Shown here one piece after another: positions 19,017 through 28,480 of a stretch of DNA of 64,000 nt. The notes beneath the pieces are model-generated. The model was given only the letters and a program-made list of their open reading frames with translations, did no database searches and was not told the origin of the DNA. Numbering within the stretch: position 1 is the first letter of the stretch; every line of letters starts with the position of its first letter. The stretch comes from Microcoleus sp. (GTDB lineage Bacteria; Cyanobacteriota; Cyanobacteriia; Cyanobacteriales; Microcoleaceae): positions 352,001-416,000 of the forward strand of contig JAYFMW010000030.1 of the NCBI GenBank assembly GCA_042408215.1, read 5' to 3'. The translations under genes and the position numbers were made by a program.

Positions 19017-22000
19017 ATGCAGCCAGAACAACAACAGAGGATCATGGGCTACTTTATTGAGGAGGCAAAAGACCACCTCAATACGATCGAACAAGGCTTG
19101 CTGAACCTCCAAGCGACGATCGAAGACCCAGAACTGGTGAACGAAGTATTTAGGGCTGCTCACTCAGTGAAAGGAGGAGCAGCGATGCTGGGGCTGACAA
19201 GTATTCAACAGACAGCCCACAGACTAGAAGATAGTTTTAAAGTCCTAAAAGAATGCAGCGTTAAAGTAGACCAACAGCTAGAGTCCCTGTTCCTGCGAAT
19301 TTTTGATACCCTGCAAGGGCTGTTAGAGCAACTGTCAGGCCCTTTTGGGCTGACAGAGGAATTGGGAGAACAGATGGTTCGAGAATTAGAACCAGTATTT
19401 GAAGAACTCAACGGTCACTTGGGAGGACTCACAGGACTTTGTGGACAGGACCTAGAGGAGGGCAACCATCAGCCGATACCTCCACAAGATTTTCGACAAG
19501 ATATGGCTGGGAGGGAGGCTGGGACAAGAGATTCATCTAACAGTTTTGTTGATGCCTCTGCGGGATACACTTCGAGATACACAGATTCCATAGAAGAAGA
19601 TAGCCCACTTCACCTAGTCTTTGACTCAGACGTGCCGGCGAGGATGCGGGAAATGCTGCAAGCATTTAAACAGCCCGAGGGAGTTCAAAGCCGACGGCTG
19701 CTAAAGAGCATTTGTCGGAACTTGAAAATAGCAGGCGAGGAATTTGAACTGCCACATTGGACAGTATTGATCGAAGCAGTAGAACAAGCGATCGCCAACC
19801 CAGAAAATACCTACCCTACCTTAGCCCCAACAATCATCAGAGACATCAAACAAGCCCAAGAACTGGTACTCTCCGGTCAAGAAGTGAAAATCGCAGTAGG
19901 GGCAAAACTCCAATCCCTACTACCAGTAGAACAAGAACCAGAAACCGACTTTGAAGACCTACTAGCCTTCGCTCAGCCCAGGACAAGAGAAGCAAACCAG
20001 GGCGCTACCGAAGATGTAGACCTTTATTTCAGAAACATCACCAGCCCCCGTGCCAGCGAACAAATGATGCCAACTATTTCTGGACTCAGTATAGACGAAC
20101 TATTCGACAAACTAGACAGCGGCGACGGGAACGACTACAACAGTGGTAAATCACCCCAATTTGACAACTCCCCAGGATTTGGAGAATCAGAAATCGAGAT
20201 AGGTTCCTTCAGAGGCTCAACACGCATGGGCCCGGAAGTCGGCGCAGCAGAACTCCACACCTTAGCAGACCTGTTCGAGGGCGACAGCCCTGAACTCGAC
20301 CACGCCTGGGAAGAAGCAGAAGACCTCGACTATGGAGCATCTTCTAGGATGTCCACAGAGGGAATGCTGTCGTCAGACGACGACGATAGCTCCGGCGATT
20401 TCACCGATTTGCTGTTTGACGAATACAGTACAAAAAACTCAGAAGCCAAGGCCCAGCCTCCGATAGACGACCTCACCAGTTTATTTGGCGAAGAATTTCT
20501 ACTCTTAGAAATTGGTAATTCTGCAGCAACTACCAGTAGAGAAGAATTAGATTTCAGAGAGCCTATAGCTGGAAAACAGCCCGCAAAAAATAATCAGCCT
20601 AGGGAATTCGATCGCCAAAGTAGAAACTCCCACTCCTTCAACGACCAGCCAGAAGAAGACTCCCTCGGTACACTGCTAGACGAAGTAGCAGCCCAAAGCT
20701 CAACCACAACCCAGAACAACAGGGATTTAGACCAATTCTTAGGCGACCTAGGTTCTTCAGAGTTTGCAGAAGAAGAGTTAACAGACACATCGGAGTATTT
20801 ACCCGATTTAGAATTAGACACCTTCGATAGGGAATCCAATGAACCTTTCGAGCAGAACGGCGGCAGCCAAAATTATGGCTGGGATGCAGAAGCAGCACTC
20901 AATCTACTAGAAATAGAAGATTCCTCGTCGCTCTCCACCTCCGGGGACGAATCAGACTTCAGCGATTTATTAGACATCAGCTCCGGTTTCCTCACAGCAG
21001 AGAACCAACCCCAGAAACTGCGAAACGATCGAGACCCAACAGCTCGCCACCCAGAAAAGGTAGCAATTGACAACTCCCTGAAGATAAAATTAGACCCGGA
21101 ATTAGAGGCATCCTTAGACCCAAACTGGCTGGAAAGTGCTTTTGGTCTAGAAGATGAGTCAAACTTCCAAACCAACCTAGAACTAGATGGTGCAGACCTA
21201 GACGCACTGTTTGGAAGCATCACCTCTGACCCGATTTCCAGCGATCGAGACTCACAGCCGGCTCTCAAGCTCCCACTGACGGGCCCCACATCCCAAGAAG
21301 CGGCAGATTTAGCAGAACTATTCGACTCCATACCTATCGGTACAGAAGGTTATGAGAGCGAGGAGGAATCGGTAATATCAGGAGAATTAGGCAAGGACTG
21401 GCTGAATTTTGAAAGCGACGCCGAATCGCCAAACGTAGAATTAAAACTACAAGATGACGACTTGGAGAGCCTATTCTCCGGCCCTGAAGTCGAGAACTCA
21501 GATGAACAGCTAGAAAACTTAGAAATAGTTGAACTTGAGTCCTTGTCCGATCGCAGAGGCTCTGAAACTTCAACAGCGGCAGCCGATGAGAGCAGCGCCT
21601 TCGATTTTTTGGAGGAAATGTTTAGCGAAATACCCTCTCTTTTGACGGATAGCGAAAGAAGAGACATCGAGGACAAAACCTCTCCTACTGAAGAATTCTC
21701 AACTGAACATCCCACCGGCTTAATAGATTGGAGCAGCGGGGACTTGACAGATAGAATTCAAACAGACACCATGAACCTCGACGAGGGCGATGACGATTTG
21801 TTTGATGCGCTAGAAACAGAGGATGCAGGAGGCGAATTAGAAAACTTTTTAACAGAACCGGATGAGCAATTGGGGGGTGACCTTGACTTATGGTCGGGAC
21901 TGGAAACGGGAGCAACATTCAACGGCCAAAAACTAGAAAGCTTCGATGAATTATTAGATTCCATAGATGCACAAGCCCTAGTGACAGCAGAACTAAGCAC

Positions 22001-24383
22001 TGGCTTTTGGGAAACAGACGACCAGCCAGAAGAATCAGACTCTGCACAACTAGAAGGCATGGATCTTTCCGACTTGTTTGACACCACAGAAGCGAGTTCA
22101 GAGAAAGACGAAGGCAATTTTGACGAATTAGAAGCGCTGTTGATAGCAGATGGGTCTGGGGCTGCAATAGACCGCTCTGAGGAAGCAAAAACGATTCCTG
22201 TCAGTAGCCAAATCTTCTCAGAACTCGAAGAATTGTTGAGCGAGAGGGAAACAATGCCCGAAATCCACGAGCAAGCACCGAAAACTCCAAGCAGAACTGA
22301 GGCTGCTGGGGAAAATCAGAATGACGACAATTTCGAGGATTTAGAAAAACTACTAGAAGATACGCCAGATGACCGCAGCCGCCAAGGCGAAAGCAACATC
22401 GTGCAGTCTGCTGTCAAGAGGCGCAGTCCCCGTGCCGGCGGCTTCGGCGACCAGACGATGCGGGTGCCGGTCAAGCAGCTAGACAACCTCAGTAATTTGA
22501 TGGGGGAACTGGTGGTGAACCGCAACAGCTTGGAACAAGACCAAGAACGGATGCGGCAGTTTTTGGACAATTTGCTGCACCAAGTTACTCTATTGAGCGA
22601 TGTCAGCCAACGGACTCAGGATTTCTACGAGCGGAGTCTTTTGGAAATTGCTTTGCTCGCCAACCGTCAGGGACATCGATCGCTGTGGCGATCGGAAGAA
22701 TCATCGCACCACCGGGAAAGTGCCTGGAGACCAGAAGAAATGGACAGATTTACCCCCTTCCACAGTCTGGCTCAAGAGATTATTGAGTTGATTGTCCGAG
22801 TGCGGGAGTCAGCGGCAGATATCGAGTTTTTGGTGGATGAAGCGGATCAGGTAACTCGCCAATTGCGGCAAGTCACAACTCAACTGCAAGAAGGTTTGAC
22901 GAAGGCTCGGATGAAACCTTTTGCAGAAACGACTGACAGGCTGTTCCGGGCTGTGCGGGAAATTGGGATTAAGTGTGGGAAACAGGCTCAGTTGCAGGTT
23001 GAGGGTAAGGAAATATTGATCGACAAAATGATTGTGGATCAACTTTATGACCCGATGACTCACTTGGTGAATAATGCGATTACTCACGGGATTGAACCGC
23101 CAGAAGTGCGTCTGGCTGCTGGTAAGCCAGCGATAGGTAGAATTACGATTCGGGCTTTCCACCAAGGTAATCAGACGGTGATTTCGGTGTCTGATGATGG
23201 GGCCGGAATTGATCCACAAAAAGTGAAGGCGAAGGCGATTAAGCAGGGTTTGTTGACGGCTGCTCAGGCTCAGCGGATGTCTCGCTCGGAAGTATACGAT
23301 TTACTGTTCAAACCCGGTTTCAGCACGCAAGAACAAGCTACAGAATTTTCGGGGCGGGGAGTTGGTATGGATGTCGTACTGACTTCTTTGCAGGAGATTC
23401 GGGGTACTGTGGGGACTGATTCTACTATCGGTAAGGGGACTGTGTTTACGATTCGCTTACCTCTGGTATTGAGCATTTCTAAGGCTCTCTGCTGTATTAG
23501 CGATCGAGCACGCATTGCTTTCCCGATGGACGGCGTAGAGGACATGATTGATGTGCCACGGGATCAAGTGACTACAGGTGCTGATGGCCAGCCTTGTATT
23601 GAGTGGCGAGGCTCGACTCTGCCTTTCCGGCCACTGCGCGAATTGCTGGCTTACCACCGCCATCTGGGCCGGGGCAGTGTTTATGGGTTTAATACTGACG
23701 ATGATATGATTTCGGTGATTGTGTTGCGATCGGCTGGTAATTTCTTGGCGGTACAAGTCGATCAGGTTTCCACAGAACAGGAAATCGTGATTAAGCAGTT
23801 GGAAGGGCCTGTCCCTAAGCCCCTGGGAATTGCTGGGGCTACGGTGCTTGGGGATGGCCGGATTGTGGCGATCGCAGATGTTCTGGAACTGATTGATTTG
23901 GCTACAGGGAAGTTGCGGAAGGATACACCGGGTACTCTTTGGGATGAGGGCGAGCGGGCCCCTGTGGAGCAGATCGAGGAAAAGGCTGAGCCCACAGTGT
24001 TGATTGTGGATGATTCCATTACGGTGCGATCGCTGCTGTCGATTACCTTTGAAAAAGCGGGCTACCGAGTTGAAGAGGCTCGCGACGGTAAAGAAGCATG
24101 GGAAAAAATGAAATCCGGTTTACCATGCGATATCGTGTTCTGCGATATTGAGATGCCGAGAATGGATGGTTTAGAGTTGCTTTCTCGGATGCAGAAAGAT
24201 CCGGTTTTGTGTGAATTGCCGATCGCGATGCTAACAAGTCGCGGAGCAGACAGACATCGCCAAATGGCATACGGTTTGGGCGCGAAAGGCTATTTCACTA
24301 AGCCTTATTTGGAGGAGCAGTTGATGGATGCTGCTTCTCGGATGCTCAAAGGTGAAGTTGTCGGGGCTCCGGTTGTTGTTTAA
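19017..24383 (+). CDS. cheA: CheA-like hybrid kinase (Hpt, long acidic linker, HATPase, CheW, receiver; PilL/HmpE-like)
   Basis: FRAAHSVKGGA, HLVNNAITHG, SDDGAG, SGRGVGMDVV, VDDS..FCDIEMP. Confidence 0.93.
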   Translation: MQPEQQQRIMGYFIEEAKDHLNTIEQGLLNLQATIEDPELVNEVFRAAHSVKGGAAMLGLTSIQQTAHRLEDSFKVLKECSVKVDQQLESLFLRIFDTLQGLLEQLSGPFGLTEELGEQMVRELEPVFEELNGHLGGLTGLCGQDLEEGNHQPIPPQDFRQDMAGREAGTRDSSNSFVDASAGYTSRYTDSIEEDSPLHLVFDSDVPARMREMLQAFKQPEGVQSRRLLKSICRNLKIAGEEFELPHWTVLIEAVEQAIANPENTYPTLAPTIIRDIKQAQELVLSGQEVKIAVGAKLQSLLPVEQEPETDFEDLLAFAQPRTREANQGATEDVDLYFRNITSPRASEQMMPTISGLSIDELFDKLDSGDGNDYNSGKSPQFDNSPGFGESEIEIGSFRGSTRMGPEVGAAELHTLADLFEGDSPELDHAWEEAEDLDYGASSRMSTEGMLSSDDDDSSGDFTDLLFDEYSTKNSEAKAQPPIDDLTSLFGEEFLLLEIGNSAATTSREELDFREPIAGKQPAKNNQPREFDRQSRNSHSFNDQPEEDSLGTLLDEVAAQSSTTTQNNRDLDQFLGDLGSSEFAEEELTDTSEYLPDLELDTFDRESNEPFEQNGGSQNYGWDAEAALNLLEIEDSSSLSTSGDESDFSDLLDISSGFLTAENQPQKLRNDRDPTARHPEKVAIDNSLKIKLDPELEASLDPNWLESAFGLEDESNFQTNLELDGADLDALFGSITSDPISSDRDSQPALKLPLTGPTSQEAADLAELFDSIPIGTEGYESEEESVISGELGKDWLNFESDAESPNVELKLQDDDLESLFSGPEVENSDEQLENLEIVELESLSDRRGSETSTAAADESSAFDFLEEMFSEIPSLLTDSERRDIEDKTSPTEEFSTEHPTGLIDWSSGDLTDRIQTDTMNLDEGDDDLFDALETEDAGGELENFLTEPDEQLGGDLDLWSGLETGATFNGQKLESFDELLDSIDAQALVTAELSTGFWETDDQPEESDSAQLEGMDLSDLFDTTEASSEKDEGNFDELEALLIADGSGAAIDRSEEAKTIPVSSQIFSELEELLSERETMPEIHEQAPKTPSRTEAAGENQNDDNFEDLEKLLEDTPDDRSRQGESNIVQSAVKRRSPRAGGFGDQTMRVPVKQLDNLSNLMGELVVNRNSLEQDQERMRQFLDNLLHQVTLLSDVSQRTQDFYERSLLEIALLANRQGHRSLWRSEESSHHRESAWRPEEMDRFTPFHSLAQEIIELIVRVRESAADIEFLVDEADQVTRQLRQVTTQLQEGLTKARMKPFAETTDRLFRAVREIGIKCGKQAQLQVEGKEILIDKMIVDQLYDPMTHLVNNAITHGIEPPEVRLAAGKPAIGRITIRAFHQGNQTVISVSDDGAGIDPQKVKAKAIKQGLLTAAQAQRMSRSEVYDLLFKPGFSTQEQATEFSGRGVGMDVVLTSLQEIRGTVGTDSTIGKGTVFTIRLPLVLSISKALCCISDRARIAFPMDGVEDMIDVPRDQVTTGADGQPCIEWRGSTLPFRPLRELLAYHRHLGRGSVYGFNTDDDMISVIVLRSAGNFLAVQVDQVSTEQEIVIKQLEGPVPKPLGIAGATVLGDGRIVAIADVLELIDLATGKLRKDTPGTLWDEGERAPVEQIEEKAEPTVLIVDDSITVRSLLSITFEKAGYRVEEARDGKEAWEKMKSGLPCDIVFCDIEMPRMDGLELLSRMQKDPVLCELPIAMLTSRGADRHRQMAYGLGAKGYFTKPYLEEQLMDAASRMLKGEVVGAPVVV

Positions 24384-24710
24384 TACAGCGTATTCCAGGT
24401 TTATGAAGTGTAGTAGGGACCAGGCCATGCCCTTCTTAGTGTCAACTTAAGACTGAAAGCCTTGAGAAATCTCGTTCACAGCCGAGTCTAGATCCCCCTC
24501 GCATCCCCCTTAAGAAGGGGAGTAGGGGGTGACTTTGAGAAGAATCTTGTCCCCCCCTTCTTAAGGGGGGCTAGGGGGGATCGAAGTTTAATAGTTAAAC
24601 AGCAGTCTCTGACTGGGTTTGAAGTTAAGTTGACACAAAGAAGGGCACGCTTGAGTGTCCCTAGGGGGATCGATAGGCGGGTGTACTTCATAAACGTGGA
24701 ATCTGCTGTA
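24384..24710. mobile_element. Nested MITE-like structure with three concentric inverted-repeat pairs
   Basis: Pairs 24384-24409/24685-24710, 24414-24436/24639-24663 and 24437-24450/24625-24636; core CCCCTTAAGAAGGGG palindromes. Confidence 0.75.
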
Positions 24711-25031
24711 TCTAATTCAACTGCGATTATCTGCGTTGATCTGCGGTTAAAAAAGGGGGATTTTTAACCGCAGATAGTATTTTTTCAGTATTTTGTCAAA
24801 GAGGTGGATTGCCGCGGATTAACGCAGATTTGGATATTCATCAGCGTTAATCAGCGTTATCTGTCTTTATCTGCGGTTAAAACAGAGGATTTTCTGGGTA
24901 GCAGATAGTATTTTTGCAGTATTTTGTCAAAGAGGTGGATTGACGGGGATTAACGCAGATGTTCGATCGCCCGTTGGGTTTTGGTGGTACGCTGGTCAAG
25001 TGGGGTATAGCGAGAAGGCGATCGGTTATTT

Positions 25032-26303
25032 ATGGACACTGAAGAACTTTTAGAAAAATACGCAGCCGGACAACGGGATTTTCGGGGATCGCAGTTAAGT
25101 GGGATAGACCTCAAAGGAGCCAACCTGAGTGGCATAGACCTATACAATGCAAATTTGACGGGATCTGAGTTGAACAATGCAAATCTGAACAATGCAAACC
25201 TCCAAGGAGCAAACTTCAGTAGAGCAACCCTGCTAGGAGCCAACTTAAGTGGGGCCTATGGTAATGCCAACTTCAGTTTGGCAGACCTCAGCGGTGCTGA
25301 CTTGAGTATGGCAAACCTCAGTAAGGCAGATTTGAGTAATACTAAGCTGAACAATGCCAACCTGAGTGGTGCTCAATTAATCTCTGTATTGTTAACTAAA
25401 GCCACCTTGAAGAACGCAAATTTGAATAGAGCAAATCTGAGCAATTCAAATTTGACTGGTGCAAACTTGACAGGAGCAGAAATGAGTCAAGTGAAGTTAG
25501 AGGGTGCTAGTCTCGAAGATTCCAATCTCCAGAAAGCCAAACTCCGAGGAGTCAATCTGTCAGCATTGAACTTATCAGGGGTGAATCTGGCTGAGGCGGA
25601 TCTTAGTGCAGCAAATCTCACAGGAACTAATTTGCAAAAAGCCGATCTGGAAGGGACAAATCTCGAAAGAGCGAGTCTTCAAAAAGCAAATTTGATTAGG
25701 GCAAATTTGGAGGATTCCAACTTTCAGAAAGCCGACTTGACAGATGCTCAAAGCTATGGTTGGAATATCAAAAATGCCGACTTCACTGGTGCGACAATGC
25801 CCGATGGAGAAATCTACGAGCCCGTAGGCGATCGAAGAGGCTCCGAGCGCCAAATCGACAGCAAACAAATTTCTCAACAAGCGTCTAGTATGTTGTCGAA
25901 GAGAGTGACATCTATGACGCGCAAAATTATTCGTACTGACAAAGCTCCGGCACCCGTTGGCCCTTACAATCAAGCGATCGTCGCTACGGGTAATATGATG
26001 TTTGTAGCTGGCCAAATTGCGATCGACCTGAGACTAAACAATATTGTCTACACTGACGATGTGGCTAAACAAACACAACAAGTTATGGCAAATCTCGAAG
26101 CCATTTTAACAGAAGCTGGCGCGACTTGGTTAGATGTGGTGAAAACTACGATTTTTCTTAAGGATATGAATGATTTCGCTGCTGTGAATGCGGTTTATGC
26201 CAAGTATTTTGATGCGGAAACTGCACCGGCGCGCGCTTGTGTGGAGGTTTCGCGTTTACCGAAAGATGTGTTAGTTGAAATTGATTGTATTGCTGTGATT
26301 TGA
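25032..26303 (+). CDS. Pentapeptide-repeat protein fused to a RidA imine deaminase (copy 1)
   Basis: A(N/D)LxX repeats, then TDKAPAPVGPYNQA..VAGQI..PARACVEV..VEIDCIA starting at 25914. Confidence 0.9.
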   Translation: MDTEELLEKYAAGQRDFRGSQLSGIDLKGANLSGIDLYNANLTGSELNNANLNNANLQGANFSRATLLGANLSGAYGNANFSLADLSGADLSMANLSKADLSNTKLNNANLSGAQLISVLLTKATLKNANLNRANLSNSNLTGANLTGAEMSQVKLEGASLEDSNLQKAKLRGVNLSALNLSGVNLAEADLSAANLTGTNLQKADLEGTNLERASLQKANLIRANLEDSNFQKADLTDAQSYGWNIKNADFTGATMPDGEIYEPVGDRRGSERQIDSKQISQQASSMLSKRVTSMTRKIIRTDKAPAPVGPYNQAIVATGNMMFVAGQIAIDLRLNNIVYTDDVAKQTQQVMANLEAILTEAGATWLDVVKTTIFLKDMNDFAAVNAVYAKYFDAETAPARACVEVSRLPKDVLVEIDCIAVI

Positions 26304-26722
26304 TTTCATGTTTTGAGTTAAAGTTCTCTTTTTAACCGCCGATAGTATTTTTTCAAAGAGTGGATTGACGCGGATTAACGCAGATGAATGAGCGCCCGTT
26401 GGGTTTTGATGGTACTTTGGCTTTTTTGGCTCGTTTTGAGCCGGAAGAATTAGTTTTATTGAACCGCGAAGACGCGAAGGACACGAAGGAAGAAGAATGA
26501 AGAGGAAGGAAGAAGTGGATGGTCTTTTATCGGGAAGGGTGTCCTACTTTGTCTGCGTTAATCAGCGTTATCTGTCTTTATCTGCGGTGAAAAAAGGGGA
26601 TTTTCTGGTAGCAGATAGTAGTTTTTTAAAGAGTGGATTGACGCGGCTTGACTCAGATGAGCGCGTGTTGGGTTTTGGTGGTAGGCTGGGAATGTACGGT
26701 GTAGCGGAGGGCGGGGTTATTT

Positions 26723-27946
26723 ATGGATGCTGAAGAACTTTTAGAAAGATACGCTAAAGGTGAACGACAATTTCATTCAGCTATGCTCAGAGGCGTAGAC
26801 CTCAAAGGTGCTGATTTAAGTAGGATAGACTTAAGCTCTGCAAACTTGACAGCAGCAGAGTTGAATGAGGCCAACCTAACGGGAGCAACGCTTAGTAGTA
26901 CAAACCTCACCAAGGCATCTCTGAAAGGTGCAAATTTGAGCGGGTTAGTAGCAGCTTCTGCTGCAAACTTCACTGATGCAGATTTGTGCGGTGCTGATTT
27001 GAGTAAAGCCAATTTGAATTCTGCTAATTTTAGTAATGCCAACTTCCATGAAGCAAACCTAAGTGATGCCCAACTAATTGGTGCAAACTTCACTGAAGCA
27101 TCCTTGATTGAAGTGTGTTTGAGTAGAGCTAAACTCAACAGCGCAAATTTCACTAAAGCAAACTTGACTGAAGCAGACTTAAGTCGGGCAGATATAACTA
27201 GCATAAAAATCAAAGATACTAATCTTCAGGGAGCCAAGCTGCGCGGTGTCAATTGGTCTCAAAAGGACTTGTCGGGTATCAATCTAGCAGAAGCCGATTT
27301 AGCTGGAGCCGAATTGATAGCAATAAATCTGAGAAACGCTTGTTTGCGGGGTGCAAATTTAGAAAGAACAGGTCTTCAAGGAGCTAATTTGATGCAAGCA
27401 AATGTGGAGGGAGCAAACTTTTGGAAAGCCGACTTGACTGATGCTAAAATCTATGGTTGGAATATTAAAAATGCAGACTTCACTGGTACAATCATGCCCG
27501 ATGGAGAATTTTACAAACCGCAAACCAATCAACAAGAATCTCAACAAGTAAAAGCTATGACGCGCAAAATTATTCGTACTGACAAAGCTCCGGCACCGGT
27601 GGGCCCTTACAATCAAGCGATCGCCGCTACGGGCACTATGCTGTTTGTAGCTGGCCAAATTGCGATCGACCTTAGACTAAACAATATTGTCTACACTGAC
27701 GATGTGGCTAAACAAACCGAACAAGTTATGGCAAATCTCGAAGCTATTCTGACAGAAGCTGGCGCGACTTGGTTAGATGTCGTGAAAACTACGGTTTTTC
27801 TTAAGGATATGAATGATTTCGCCGCTGTTAATGCGGTTTATGCGAAGTATTTTGATGCGGAAACTGCACCGGCGCGGGCTTGTGTTGAGGTTTCGCGTTT
27901 ACCGAAGGATGTGTTAGTTGAAATTGATTGTATTGCTGTGATTTAA
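26723..27946 (+). CDS. Pentapeptide-repeat protein fused to a RidA imine deaminase (copy 2)
   Basis: Same architecture; RidA part starts at 27557. Confidence 0.9.
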   Translation: MDAEELLERYAKGERQFHSAMLRGVDLKGADLSRIDLSSANLTAAELNEANLTGATLSSTNLTKASLKGANLSGLVAASAANFTDADLCGADLSKANLNSANFSNANFHEANLSDAQLIGANFTEASLIEVCLSRAKLNSANFTKANLTEADLSRADITSIKIKDTNLQGAKLRGVNWSQKDLSGINLAEADLAGAELIAINLRNACLRGANLERTGLQGANLMQANVEGANFWKADLTDAKIYGWNIKNADFTGTIMPDGEFYKPQTNQQESQQVKAMTRKIIRTDKAPAPVGPYNQAIAATGTMLFVAGQIAIDLRLNNIVYTDDVAKQTEQVMANLEAILTEAGATWLDVVKTTVFLKDMNDFAAVNAVYAKYFDAETAPARACVEVSRLPKDVLVEIDCIAVI

Positions 27947-27960
27947 ATTCAGCAATAAAA

Positions 27961-28268
27961 CTCGGCGGTTGAAACCGCGTCTACACAAACAATGTCCGCC
28001 TCCGCGGACTAAGAGTAAAAGCGATCTCCTTAAATTGGGCAAAGTTTCGCAGGCGATCGCCCGTTTGAGGCAGCGGTTTACCTGAGTAGTCGTAGTGTTC
28101 TGCTAGGATACTCGTGAGAGCACCTGTATGGGAAAGCAATCTATCCTCCCATCCAGGGGAAGAAAGCGATTCTGTTTTGAAAATAATCAACCATTTTGGC
28201 ATTGATTTATATTTTCTTCAGTCCGCGTAGGCGGACTTCGTTTGTGTAGACGCGGTTTCAACCGCCGA
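27961..28268. repeat. About 50-bp inverted repeats enclosing a short gene fragment
   Basis: TCGGCGGTTGAAACCGCGTCTACACAAAC..GCGGACT versus AGTCCGCG..GTTTGTGTAGACGCGGTTTCAACCGCCGA. Confidence 0.8.
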
Positions 28269-28480
28269 ATGATACTGAGGGGAAAGTGCGCGAATGTATT
28301 AACTTCTACAGCCGATCGCATTTGACCTGTCGCTGTCGCGCACTCTACTCCAAAATCTATCTGAAATCCTCAGATTTAAGCTCAATTAGCAATTAGAATT
28401 TACTACTAATTACTAATTATCTGTTGCCAATTAGCAATTAGCAATTACTCCAAAAGCAATTACCAATTACCAACTGTCAA

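Noticed and set aside
13012..26015. Numerous antisense ORFs overlapping cheW, MCP, cheA and the pentapeptide genes
   Set aside because: Shadow frames of well-supported genes with no motifs of their own.
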